A stretch of 64,000 nucleotides of DNA, from NCBI GenBank assembly GCA_964276515.1, contig OZ193909.1, positions 16,058,001 through 16,122,000 on the forward strand. The letters run 5' to 3'. The stretch's first letter is position 1. Each line of letters starts with the position of its first letter. The position numbers and the translations under genes were made by a program. This stretch comes from Gordius albopunctatus (taxonomy: Eukaryota). Positions 53,356-64,000 of this stretch are shown here, piece by piece. The notes under the pieces were generated by a model, which saw only the letters and a list, made by a program, of their open reading frames with translations, was not told the DNA's origin and did not search any database.

Positions 53356-54791
53356 CAGAAACCAGAAATGCCCGGCCAATTTTAATTTTCGGACAGGCCC
53401 GGGCGGGCACGCTGATAAGATTCGGGCAATTCGGGCATGCCCAAAATTTTACCAAATTAATTTTCCTTTAAAAAAGAAAAATTCGCTTATAAACAATTTT
53501 GGGCCATAATAAATTTGACTAGATTTTTTTCATCTCTTAAATCTTCATTGTACGTTTATATAATGTCCTAATTTCAATTTCTTCAAAATTAAATTTTATT
53601 TCGAATAAATTAATTTAACTGGTTTGTCTCAAGATCAAAAATTTTTAATTTTCAGATTATATTATAAAAGAATAAAATCACAACGATATAAACTGCCATG
53701 GGCGTAGACAAGGAGGGTGGGGGGGGGGGCAGGAAGGGGCAGCTGCCCCCCTCTAAACTCAAAAATTTGTTAAAATGTATTAAAATTATGGCTAAATTTT
53801 CAAAATATGATCCTTTTGCCCCTCCCTAAATCATTATTGCCCCCCTCTAATTTTAATGCTGGCTACGCCCTTGTAAACTGCTACTCTAATCTAATACTAT
53901 GGAAGAAACCATTTTACTCTCTGGTAGTAAATTATTTTATTACATTTTTATCGTGTTCAGTTAAATCTTTGCCCTACTCCATTATGGAAAGGATTGGATT
54001 ATTTATATTTGTGTAGTAGCCAAAGCCATTTCATTGTTCGCAATACACTACACATGTGTGCCGTCTAGACTTAAAACAAAGGCTCATGCCAATTTCTAAC
54101 AATGCGCATAATTGTAATTCATTTAATTTCTTAACAACTAAAAGAACACGGTGGAAAAATAAAGCAAACAAGTCACATTAAAGTTATTAAAAATTATAAC
54201 TATTTTAGGTATCCTAAATTAGCAAGGTTTACAAAAATACTCTTTGCCATCCCGGCGACAAGTGCTGCTAGTGAAAGAAGTTTTTCTATCGCAGGAAGAT
54301 TAATAGAGGAAAGGCGCACAAGATTATCCCCGAAAATTGTCGACGATATGAATAATAAAATATTGTCATCTTTGTTTGGCTTTGGATCAATATGCCATTG
54401 CTTATTTTGTAATAGTGGCTAAAGATTTTGGGATTGGATAATTTCGGGTCTACCGGGAAAATTTTATTAATCATGCCGGGCAGCTCTAATGGTTTGGGCA
54501 TAACTGAGCCGACACTTAGAAGGGTTCAGGCCGGCAATTTAGTTAAAATTGGACCGGGTCGGGTTCGGGCAGAAAAATTTAAACTACTCTGACCTCTTTT
54601 TGGGACCTCATAAATTCGGGACTAACGGGCAAATTTAATATTTCGGGCCGGGCAATTCGGGCAGCTTTAACAATTCGGGTGGGCCCCGGCGGACACTTAG
54701 ATGGGTTCGGGCGGGTCCGGGCGGGCAATGAAGGTAAAAAATTTAGTCGGGCCGGGTTCGGGCAGAAAATTCCCAACAAATCTGACCTCTG
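53356..54791 (+). mobile_element. Non-autonomous hAT transposon with dimerization-domain remnant and nested MITE
   Basis: Imperfect TIR CAGAAACCAGA / TCTGACCTCTG; 8-bp TSD GCGTGCAT; ~54209-54350 reads YPKLARFTKILFAIPATSAASERSFSIAGRLIEERRTRLSP. Confidence 0.9.
53697..53873. mobile_element. G/C-run MITE (CATGGGCGTAG...CTACGCCC family); abundant in the window
   Basis: 8-bp TSD TAAACTGC. Related copies or ends at ~12330-12407, 19470-19615, 22200-22258, 24367-24570, 25166-25322, 26107-26209, 30180-30243. Confidence 0.85.
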
Positions 54792-54882
54792 GCGTGCATA
54801 AGCAATATCCCTCAGGGTTTTATTTAATTAGTTTGTGAGTAAAATACAAACATAGATACCTATGCTGGATGATTTGTTATTG

Positions 54883-54964
54883 GCGGTCGTGGCCGAGTGG
54901 TTAAGGCGACTGACTAGAAATCAGTTGGGATTTTCCCGCATAGGTTCGAATCCTATCGACCGCG
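54883..54964 (+). tRNA. tRNA-Ser (anticodon AGA)
   Basis: Acceptor stem GCGGTCG/CGACCGC; D arm TGGCCGAGTGGTTAAGGC; anticodon stem ACTGA/TCAGT with loop CT-AGA-AA; long variable arm GGGATTTTCCC; T arm ATAGG-TTCGAAT-CCTAT; discriminator G; downstream T-run terminator. Confidence 0.96.
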
Positions 54965-55479
54965 AAATTTTTTTAAAATAATTAATGAAATTACAATTAG
55001 TATTTAGTACATATATATGTAGATACTTAAATAGCATCCCTCGGCTTGGAGTTTTTATACTTGTGGTTTTATGACCTATATTCATAGATTTATTTGTTTC
55101 ACTTTTATATATTCACCTATATATTATTAACTTTTTTATATATAAGGTTTATAATAGCACAAAACGATGTTTAATTATTTAAATTATAGAAATAAAGACA
55201 AGATTAATTTGTAGCCAGCCGAGCTTAAATAAGAAGCTCTCTAAATTATTCATTTTTAATTGAAATTCATTTGAGCAGCAATTATTCTATAAATCAAAAA
55301 ATTTATAAATGTGTAAATATATTTTGTGGTATTAGCAGAAAAGTTAATATTGCTCAATGATTATTGATTAATAAATCAGCTATGGCTTAAATTATTATTT
55401 GTGAAGAATATTGTGCTCTCGATAGTTTTACTGTCGGACAAAAAGGTTAAATTTGCGAATTACTCCTTAAAACCCCAGG

Positions 55480-57910
55480 ATGTTATTTTCAATTTAAACC
55501 ATTTGTAAAAGTGTTATAGTAATTTATAAAATAATGCAAAATGGCCCAGATGGCATTCCTAAGGAAACATTCTCAACATTTTGCTTAGTTTGGTTTGGGC
55601 TGCTTTGAGAATCGGGCTTTTTAGGGACCATGTTTAGCAGCCAGGAAAACAGGTAGCATAGGTTTTGAACAGACGGAGGCGGGTTGGCTGGGCCAGTTCG
55701 TGAAATTTCCAGATCGAATAGCAAGAATAAAATTTCTTTAGTGCCTTAGATACTTTGTTAGAAGCCTCTTGGTGGGAATATGTGTCTGAAGAAAGGGTTC
55801 TAAGTAGTTTACCGACTCTTAGAAGGGGACTAATGTGTTGTTTATTTATAGTAATGGTGGTGGTTTGGGAGGGTAAGTTAATTGAGTTGAGAGTACACTA
55901 GACTTGTTTGGGTTAAACATTAGACCAGCTTTCTTACTTTCCAAGACGAATCTATCATTAAAGTTCTGTGTTTTAAAGAATGATTTCGATATAATGCATA
56001 GATCGCCGGAAAATAGTAGTGAAGATACTTTGAGGCCGTTGATTTAGATACCGTCGCTAGGGAGAGTGAATCTTTTTATTATACGTCCATTGCCGTGATA
56101 AATAGCACAGGCGATAGAAAAGATCCCTGTCTAACTCCTGAATTAACTGGATTGGATTAAAACGGTGTTGTAGATATTTGATGACCCATAAGTCTGATGA
56201 TATTTTCTAGTATGATAGGGGCCGAAGACTTTATGGGTGTAAACAAATGTTTGGACCAAAGCTGATTTAGTTTTGGAGGTAATTTCAATAATATTTCGAA
56301 GAAAAGGATGTGTTCGATTGTGGTTTTAGATTTAAGAAAGTCGGCTTGATTAGTTTTTATTTTTAAATTGCCGTCAATGAATGGATATATTGTCCTATAT
56401 AATACTTTTATAAAAACATTGGAAATGTTATTTATGTATGTGATCCCTAATTGTCGGGAAGGGATGGATCTTCTTTTTTATAGTTTTTCTAATAAGACCA
56501 GTTGACCAAGCACGAGGAATGATCTCTTGATGCCACATTTTTGTCAGCCTTAAGGGTTTCAGCTGTGATTTTGTCAGCATCGGGAGCTTTATGGAGTTTG
56601 AGGGATTTTAGAACGTATTTTATTTCGTTCACGGAGGGCGCTTCCACGCTGATAAGAGGGGTGGTCGGTGTTAAAGTTGTTAATGAAGTCAAGGAATATG
56701 TCGGATAAGGGGATTGGAGAAGGGCGATTTAGAATGGAACGAAAGTGGTTCTCCCAAGTCTGGGTTTGGACCAAAGAATCGTTAGAGCTATGTTTGCTTT
56801 GTATTATGTTGTACTTATGTTTATCTGCAAATTTTTCGGTGATGTTCCTGGGAATTTTGTAAATGGTGTGTGTATTGTTTGTGTGAGCAGCTGATTCTGC
56901 TTACTTTAATTTGCTCAATAAGTTGCTAGCCTTGTCTTTTTTATTGCAGCTTTGATCTTTTTTGTGATTAGTTGGACCCATGATTCTTTATTCCTAAGTG
57001 TTTTATCCTTAAAAACGGTATAACGGGACTCGAGTAAATTGATGGTTTCGGTGGAGAACCAAGGCTTAATAATAACATTGAGGTTGTTAACCTGGGATGG
57101 GGTGAAAAACTTTGTTAATATATTGTGGTCCAAGATTGTCAAGTGATTTAGGGTCTGTTTGTAGTCTGGACTCAAGCTGAGAACTGTCTCTGATATTTAG
57201 GCGAGTAGAGAGAGGCGGTATTAATAAAGAGATTTGCTGAGATGACAAAATTATCTGCGGAAGTTTTTTATCATTTTGTGATGCCTTAGTTGGCATATTA
57301 TATGATCAATTTGGGTGCCACGGTGTTTTACGTTTTTTTACTATGTGATTAGATTACATAGACGGAGGTCGGAGAAGATTGAGGTTATCTTTAATTTGTG
57401 TTTGAGGCAAAGTTTTTTAAGCAGTTTGCCTTTATGGTTAATCGGGCCTATGGAATTTGGTCCTATATATATGAGATTATCTCCCAATGAACGTTGGATG
57501 GAGAAATTGAAGTTTCCGATAAGGATACTAAAATGTTTAGCTTCTATTTTACCTGTGATGTTTTGCAGAAGGGGTTCTATCAGTTTAAAGTTTTTGGATG
57601 AGGGAGAGGGGCGTATATGTTGAAGATTGATATACAGCGATTTTTTATTTGTAAATGAATGAATAAAAGTCTGTTGTTCACGTAGTTAGCACTATATTCC
57701 AACTCCTGTAACTGCTTATTGACCACAATCGGAAGCTTAAAAAAGATAGTTATTAGCGGGAAGAACTTTGCATTGTGAGTATCTAGTCTGTTGTACACAA
57801 AAAATATAAATGTTGCGGTGGGACGGGAGGTAAACAAAGTGAGGACTTGCAAGTTTCTCGATTTTTTTAAAGTTTGAACATTTAAAGAAGCTAGCCTTAG
57901 TTTTATTATA
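55480..57910 (-). mobile_element. Degenerate non-LTR retrotransposon (APE endonuclease + RT), distinct from the RTE copies
   Basis: Remnant motifs LRLASLNVQT, IFNIYAP, WENHFRSILN, KAPDADKITAETLK, SGVRQGSFLSPVLF, LLFSGDL (decayed YADD); many stops and frameshifts. Confidence 0.85.
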
Positions 57911-58514
57911 GCTTGAAAATAGAATTAGGACAATATATCGCAGGGATTAAAAGTTGGAACGTTATGAAACACGTTTAATAATTTAAACTTTATTTTCGAT
58001 GTTAAATGGCGGAAATGAAATTTAATAGAATCACTGAGAGTATTTTATATTATCAGCACTTGTAGTGTATTAGTGTAAATGTATTAATTGTTTTATATAT
58101 AATTAATATCTTAGAAAGTAATTACTAGGGTAATTGAGTTAATGGTTATAAATAAAACCTTTTTTGTAGATGGGTAGGGAAATATATTCCTTATCCTTAT
58201 ACGGGGGGCGCCTGTCTTTAATTTTTTACTTTTAGGTGTACATATTCTAAAGAGTCTAAATTTAGGCCTTTGATGATTGAGTATTGACGCCCTAATTTAA
58301 AATCGTCCCCCATTCAACCAATCACAAAACGGGGCACCTTTTTTTAACTGGGGGACATTAAATTTGGCGAGTTGATAGGGCACCGAAGGAATATAGTATT
58401 TATTATTTTCTTCAAACAACGAATGCATGAATGTATTCGATTCGATTGAGAGTCATTGCATATGGCAGTAAAACGGGGTTCACTTTTAAGATATGAATGA
58501 ATGTATAATGAGCA

Positions 58515-58690
58515 GTCTATTAGTCTATGGTATTAGCAGTTCAATCCCACCTCTGGCACTTATTTCAAAAAGATTAAAAATCACATCGTCACCAAGGCTG
58601 TCAGGCCTGGATAGCCGAACATCACCCCTTATCCAAATATCGAAAGAAGCTGACCACCTTAGTGTGACAAACAGATATTGGAAAATTAAA
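58515..58690 (+). mobile_element. tRNA-derived SINE copy, degenerate at the 5' end
   Basis: gttcaatcccacctctggcacttatttcaaaa...gaccaccttagtgtgacaaacagatattggaaa. Confidence 0.8.
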
Positions 58691-59178
58691 AATTAGCATT
58701 GCTTATTTAATATTGATTAATATTCATTCAAACTAAAATATTAAGAAAATCGCAAAAAGACTAATTTATTCAATAGTTAATTTTATAGTAACAATTAATT
58801 AATTTAGAATATTAAATAAAGTATTTTTATTCCTCAAAAATTTGCATCATTCTTTGAGCAATTTATTTTTTTAGATGCCTGTGGCATCTGTTGCTTTGAA
58901 TATTTTATTAGAAGGGAAGGGGATAATAACGAATGCATTACACATTTTAATAGTCTTTATTTAATAACATATGATCACGAATTTCATAACAAATAATCAC
59001 CAATATATTTTACTTTAAAAAAATAATTAAGTAATAATAATAAGCAATATTAATAAAAACAGCATTTTAAAATAAAATTTATTTACACTTCTTCTTCTTT
59101 ATTGTGTTGAAAATCCCACAGACGTGGGGTACGTTTTCAGCAGCCTCTTCTCTTTTTTCTTAGTAGAACACTTAAGGT

Positions 59179-59381
59179 TAGAGTTGTTAAATTGCTAACT
59201 TTCTTCAAACTCCAGACGCGAGCACGCACAATGAGTTACTTAATATGCGCATTAGCACAATATGTGCTCGCTGTTTGGTGCACTAGGCAGAGCAGTAGCA
59301 TAAAAAAATGCTCGAGGGCCGAGCAGAAACTCGAGCAGATGGTAGCTGGAGTTGAAGAAAGTTAGCAATATAACAACTCTA
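59179..59381 (-). mobile_element. hAT-type MITE, inverted copy of 43896-44100
   Basis: TIR TAGAGTTGTTA; 8-bp TSD CTTAAGGT. Confidence 0.88.
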
Positions 59382-60384
59382 CTTAAGGTCCACTAAACGC
59401 CTTTCTCTTTTTGCAACACATGTAACACTTAAGACTTCAAAGATTGACATTGCTGGTTCAAATCTCGCTTTAATATTATTTTATTCTAAATTTAAATTTC
59501 AGTTACTAAGCAAAACTTTACCGAGCAACATTGGAATAAAAAACTAAACAAATGAATTAATTACTGAGCAAATAATTAAATTATTTACTGAGCATTTGAA
59601 TATTCTTCTTCTTTATCGTGTTGAAAATCCCACAGACGTGGGGTACGTTTTCAGCAGCCTCTTCCATCTGAGTCGCGTAAATGCCATGCCAATTTCCATC
59701 TGTTTGACGTCCATATCCTTTTCGACCAGTCGTTTCCAGGTGGAACATGGTCTGCCCCTTCCTCTTCTTCCAGGCACGTCCATCTCCAGCGTTCGGCGTG
59801 TGACATGGTCTTCGTCTCTTTGTAATACATGGCCGTACCACCGCAGTCGATTTTCTCTCAAGAAGTCCTTCGTCGCTTGTATACCCATCTTTGTCATCAA
59901 GGATTCGCTCGTCATGTGATCCAGCTTGGTGTAGCCTAAGCTCCATCGCACCATTCTCATTTCCGTGACTTGCAAGAGTTTCTCCTCCGCGGTGTTTACA
60001 GCCCATGTTTCGCTACCGTAAAGCAAGACCGGTCGCACGATGGTTTTGTACGCCTTGCTTTTCAACCAAATTGGTATCTTTTTATCACACATGACACCGG
60101 AGCTGCTGCATCACTTGAGCCATGCTTTCTTGATCCGAGAATGGACTTCGGCGGTACATCCTCCCTCTTGATGTAATAGCGAGCCAAGATATGTGAACTT
60201 ATCAACCTCCGTGTACCTTGGACCGTCATTTTTGTGCATTTGCGGACTACCGCCCATTCGAATTCCGAAAAACGTTCTGACCATTTTTTCACCTGATGAA
60301 AAACCCCTTCTCTTGTTTCATCGCATAGGACAATATCGTCGGCATATAGCATAGTCCAAGGGGCTGGCTTGTGAAAGTCCTAGC

Positions 60385-61907
60385 ACATCACATACTAAGG
60401 CCTTCACAATGGCTCCAGTTGGTTGAATGTAATATAATGCCTCCGACAATATATTCTGTAACAGTTCAGAGGTTACACCAGATACGAGGAAATACCCTAA
60501 AGGTATTTTCCAAAAACCATTAATCACTGTTGCCATCAAAAAAGAGCACCAGAAGCTTTTGGAATTAGATTAGAGTCAGTCATATGATGCCCTAAATCAA
60601 TATAACTATTATACAATAAGGTTTCAAATATATAGCTGATTACCCATGATATTGATTACCATCCCAATGGATATTTTTACGTATAGCCATTTCATCCATA
60701 GAAATGGCTATATAAAGGCTAGAATTAGCCTTATCTTGAATATCTTTTATTTTTTCAAAGGAACATTTTAAAAAGCCTAAAAGATTAGATTTAAAATATA
60801 ACATTTATATAGAGTAGTAGATTCATGACCTATACAATGATTATAAAATTTTACCTGGCTTTATGTCCAATGACAAGCTCCATCTCCTTAAAGTGGACTC
60901 TGATGGGAGGCAAAACATTTGCCTTAAATATCTGTATGAGTTGGCAGAGTAAAAATGGAGAGTTAAAGCCAATTGCTTTAAGGCTGTGGAATATATTACT
61001 TTATGGGGATTGCCTATCCCACCTGCTTTCTTATGATTTATTAGTAATGTAAGAGCTTCATCTCCAAAATAGTTGGAGAGTATTTGATCTTCATCTCCTT
61101 TCAGTTGATATACTTCTCTCATTTTTTTGATAATATCATTTAAGCAGAATATTCTTCTTTTATATCGTTGTGAATACGTCCTATATTTGTTAACAATCTT
61201 TTGCAATTGTATATTTTGCTTTTCAACTTGTTGACTCTTGTGGTAGTTTTAAGCCTCAAAATTTCTTCTTCACTTTTTTCTGGAATAAATATTTTCTTCC
61301 TTTTCTTGGGAACTGGTTTGTAATAGTTTGTTGAATCATTCAAGGGAGTTGCTTTTGAGTTATAGGTTTGTCTTTTTGGTGTATCTTTCTAATAAATTAT
61401 GTATTAATAAATACAAGAAAGTGTAAATAATTTGAATAAAAACAACCAATATAAATAATTTGAATAAAAACAACCAATAAAGGATAATTAGGCTTAGATA
61501 GCTTGGAAAGTTAAATATTGTGGGAACTGCATTTTCTCTTAATTGATGATGATTTGTTGAAGAGGGGTAAAAGTCTTGTGATCTGAAATGATGCGAACAC
61601 ACGCGAGAATGTTCTTTAATTTCAAAATCTCGTTTAATATTGTGAATCCACGCTTTTAAAAGCTGTGGATTCTTTACTGGAAACCTAAAAAAATTTAAAA
61701 ATATACTTTATCTAGTAATATATTACTTACTTATGGAAAGAAAACTTTCGGTCTTTACCTCTCTCGTTCGTACAGAATGGCACCGAGCAATAAGACATTA
61801 TGTGAGCATATGTGAGATAGTACGCTGTTGTTCATCAAAATGGCGGAATAAAACACACACATTTTGCCATATGGTACATATGACATGAGCAGTCTATGTA
61901 GTCTATG
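60385..61907 (-). mobile_element. Truncated P-element/THAP9-like transposon (left end and 5' part of transposase, frameshifted)
   Basis: Terminus CATAGACTACATAGAC at 61907; ATG at 61798; THAP domain MSYCSVPFC...FHK/FP...W...VCSHHF...ENAVPTIF with a 46-nt GT-AG intron (61685-61730); ALTLHFYS...YRYLR...LPSESTLRRW; SMDEMAIRK; WKIPLGYF; truncated at ALVCD. Confidence 0.9.
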
Positions 61908-62448
61908 GGTATAAGTTCGTATTTGAAGCTGCCATGGTGTTTGGAGTTGCTTTTTACAGCCGGCTTCCGACCTGACGCCAACCCTCCACTTTTTTCACAC
62001 GGACTTGGGACCGTCGTTGGTAGTGTTTTATTTACACAATACATAAAAATTAAAAATGTGTAAACTATGATGAAAGTTTGCTTAATAATTTAGCGCCATC
62101 TATATATTGTATTATTTTAATTTATTGAGGTTCGTTCAAATTTTTAGCGAGAACAAATTATTGTGCTAAAGTATGTAATTCAATTTTTGCTCAGTAAATA
62201 ATTCAATGTTCACTAATTATGTTCACTAATTTAATTATTTACCCAGTAATTAATACCTTTGTTCAGTTTTTTATTTTAATGTTGCTCAGTAACTGAAACG
62301 TTATTTCAAAATAAAAAGGATTCAAGGCAGATTTGAACCAGCAATGTTAATTTATAGAAGTCTTAATTGTTACCTATTTGGTAAAAAAGACAAGGTATAT
62401 TTTGTCGACTTGAAGTGTTCGACTAAGAAAAAGTCATTTTTGTCTGTT

Positions 62449-63030
62449 TTGGTGACAGTTGTCATAGTTGTCGTTTGTGGAGCTAAATAAATTCTTTAAA
62501 CAAAAATTGGTGAGCTAGGGTGTGACAAAGTTGTTACAAGTAGGAAATTTAAATTTGTCAACCTAACTTGGTGACAATTGTTATAATTATCGTTTATAGA
62601 GCTAAAAAATTCTTTAAACGAAAATCAGTGGGCTAGAATGACACAAAGTTGTTACGAGTAGAAAATCTAAATTTGTCAACCTAACGGTGACAGTTGTCAT
62701 AACTTCCGTTTGTAGAGCTAAATAAATTCTTAAAGCGAAAATTGGTGGGCTAGGCTGTCAGAAAATTTTTAGAAGAACGATATGTAAATTTGTCAACCCA
62801 ACTTCGTGACAGTTGCTATAATTGTCGTATATAAAGCTAAATAATTTCTTTTAGCGAAAATCGATGTGTTAAGTTGTCATAAATTAGTTTAAATAAATAT
62901 TTGTCAACTTAACTTGGTGACAATTCTCCTAAATGTCGTTTATAGAGGCAAATAAATTATTTTAACTAAATTCGCTGAGCAAGGGTAAAGTTGTTACAAA
63001 TAGTAAAGATAAACTTGTCAACCTATCTTG
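62449..63030. repeat. Diverged tandem repeat, ~118-bp unit, about 5 copies
   Basis: ttggtgacagttgtcata...gagctaaataaattct...tttgtcaacctaac recurs at ~62449, 62567, 62685, 62802 and 62913. Confidence 0.88.
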
Positions 63031-64000
63031 TTGGCTATTTACATAATTCTGGTGGCCCGTCAACTTGCCGAAAACCATCTCGGCGAATTTAATGTCCTAG
63101 GGTTAAAAAATGTCCCCTAATTCAAAAATATACTAAGCTCTTGGGCGTCTTCGCGGCAAACTTACTTACTATTAATCATATGCTCGATCCCAAATTATTT
63201 CAAAACATAGGTTAGAATATAATGTTGTTATAAAATTTGTAATTAGAAAATTTCTATATTAATTTAGCATAATAATTTTAATTTAATAATACCTGTTTTT
63301 TCTAAATTATTCTCATTGTCAAATACTGACCATTCATTTCGTATAATATTTATTGTAGGATAAGTTTTCAAATAGTTAACCTTTGCTATTTACATTGAGT
63401 AAAATAAGGGATTCAATATTTATTTAATAAGATTTACATTATACGAGTCCCTATTAATCCTATAAAATATTCCGAATAATTACTTAGGTCATTGGTATAG
63501 CAATAAGATATTGTACTGGAATATTTTGTGAAGCATGAAATAAAGAGGAAGATGTTGATCATCTATGATTATGTTTCTTGGAATATGTATACCTTGAATT
63601 AAATATTTGGCTAGCTTTGTACATATTTTTTAATATATTAATAAATTTATAGTTTGTCAAATGTGAACAAGTGAATTGATTCTACTTGATTAGTTGTGCT
63701 AACCATCAGAATTTTATCTGTTTCACACATCTCTTTTAAACAAAGCATGGACTTTTATATTATAAAATTTAATATTTTAGATTTTTGCATATTGATATAA
63801 ATAAAAATCTAAAATGTTTTATGTTAAACGATTTGTCATGGACCCTTTAATCTTTAAGAAAAGATATTTTAGAGAGGTAATAGGAGAGCGAAGTGCCCCC
63901 AGGGATACGATAGTTACCTGCGTGTTGACGTTATTTACACGCGCGTTGTCGATCAAATTATCGTTAATTGGTTGTAACTTATAAATGCGTTGGTTATATA

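Larger units (their letters stand above)
59089..62026 (-). mobile_element. Composite RTE retrotransposon: 5' UTR, inserted THAP/P element, RT 3' half, duplicated 3' end
   Basis: 5' end 61908-62026 is homologous to the 5' end of 12574-14789. RT runs from PWTMLYADD (~60380) to GRRGRGRP and an (AAG)n tail at 59603. A second 62-nt 3' end lies at 59089-59150. 11-bp TSD TTTATTTACAC at 59078-59088 and 62027-62037. Confidence 0.85.

Noticed and set aside
60385..61798. Functional domesticated THAP9 host gene
   Set aside because: It is frameshifted, truncated within the catalytic domain, retains a transposon terminus and sits inside an RTE.
63100..64000. Possible minus-strand exons (donor-like sites near 63165 and 63918)
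   Set aside because: No reading frame or homology that I can support.

Overview
AT-rich, intron-containing animal (invertebrate-like) genomic DNA; most short ORFs in the supplied track are exon pieces or transposon debris. Host genes, all on the + strand: the last 8 exons of a kinesin-6 KIF23/MKLP1/pavarotti gene (185-8050), a multi-exon srGAP-family gene (F-BAR, RhoGAP, SH3; 29916-45571, 5' exon(s) unresolved), an intronless LRR transmembrane gene with a Toll-like ectodomain but no TIR domain (48476-51112), and tRNA-Ser(AGA). The rest is dense with mobile DNA: two TSD-bounded RTE retrotransposons, a degenerate LINE, three non-autonomous hAT elements, many MITEs with 8-bp TSDs, a P-element-like MITE, a SWIM-bearing MULE/foldback-like relic, a tRNA-derived SINE family, and a DINE-1/Helentron-like element carrying a higher-order satellite. 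The most unusual structure is a composite at 59089-62026: RTE 5' end, THAP/P-element transposase and RTE RT 3' half, with a duplicated RTE 3' end, all inside one TSD. I see no convincing wholly new biological system; the best leads are the composite element, the satellite-bearing Helentron-like element and the TIR-less Toll-like receptor. Family assignments come from motif recognition by eye, not database searches.
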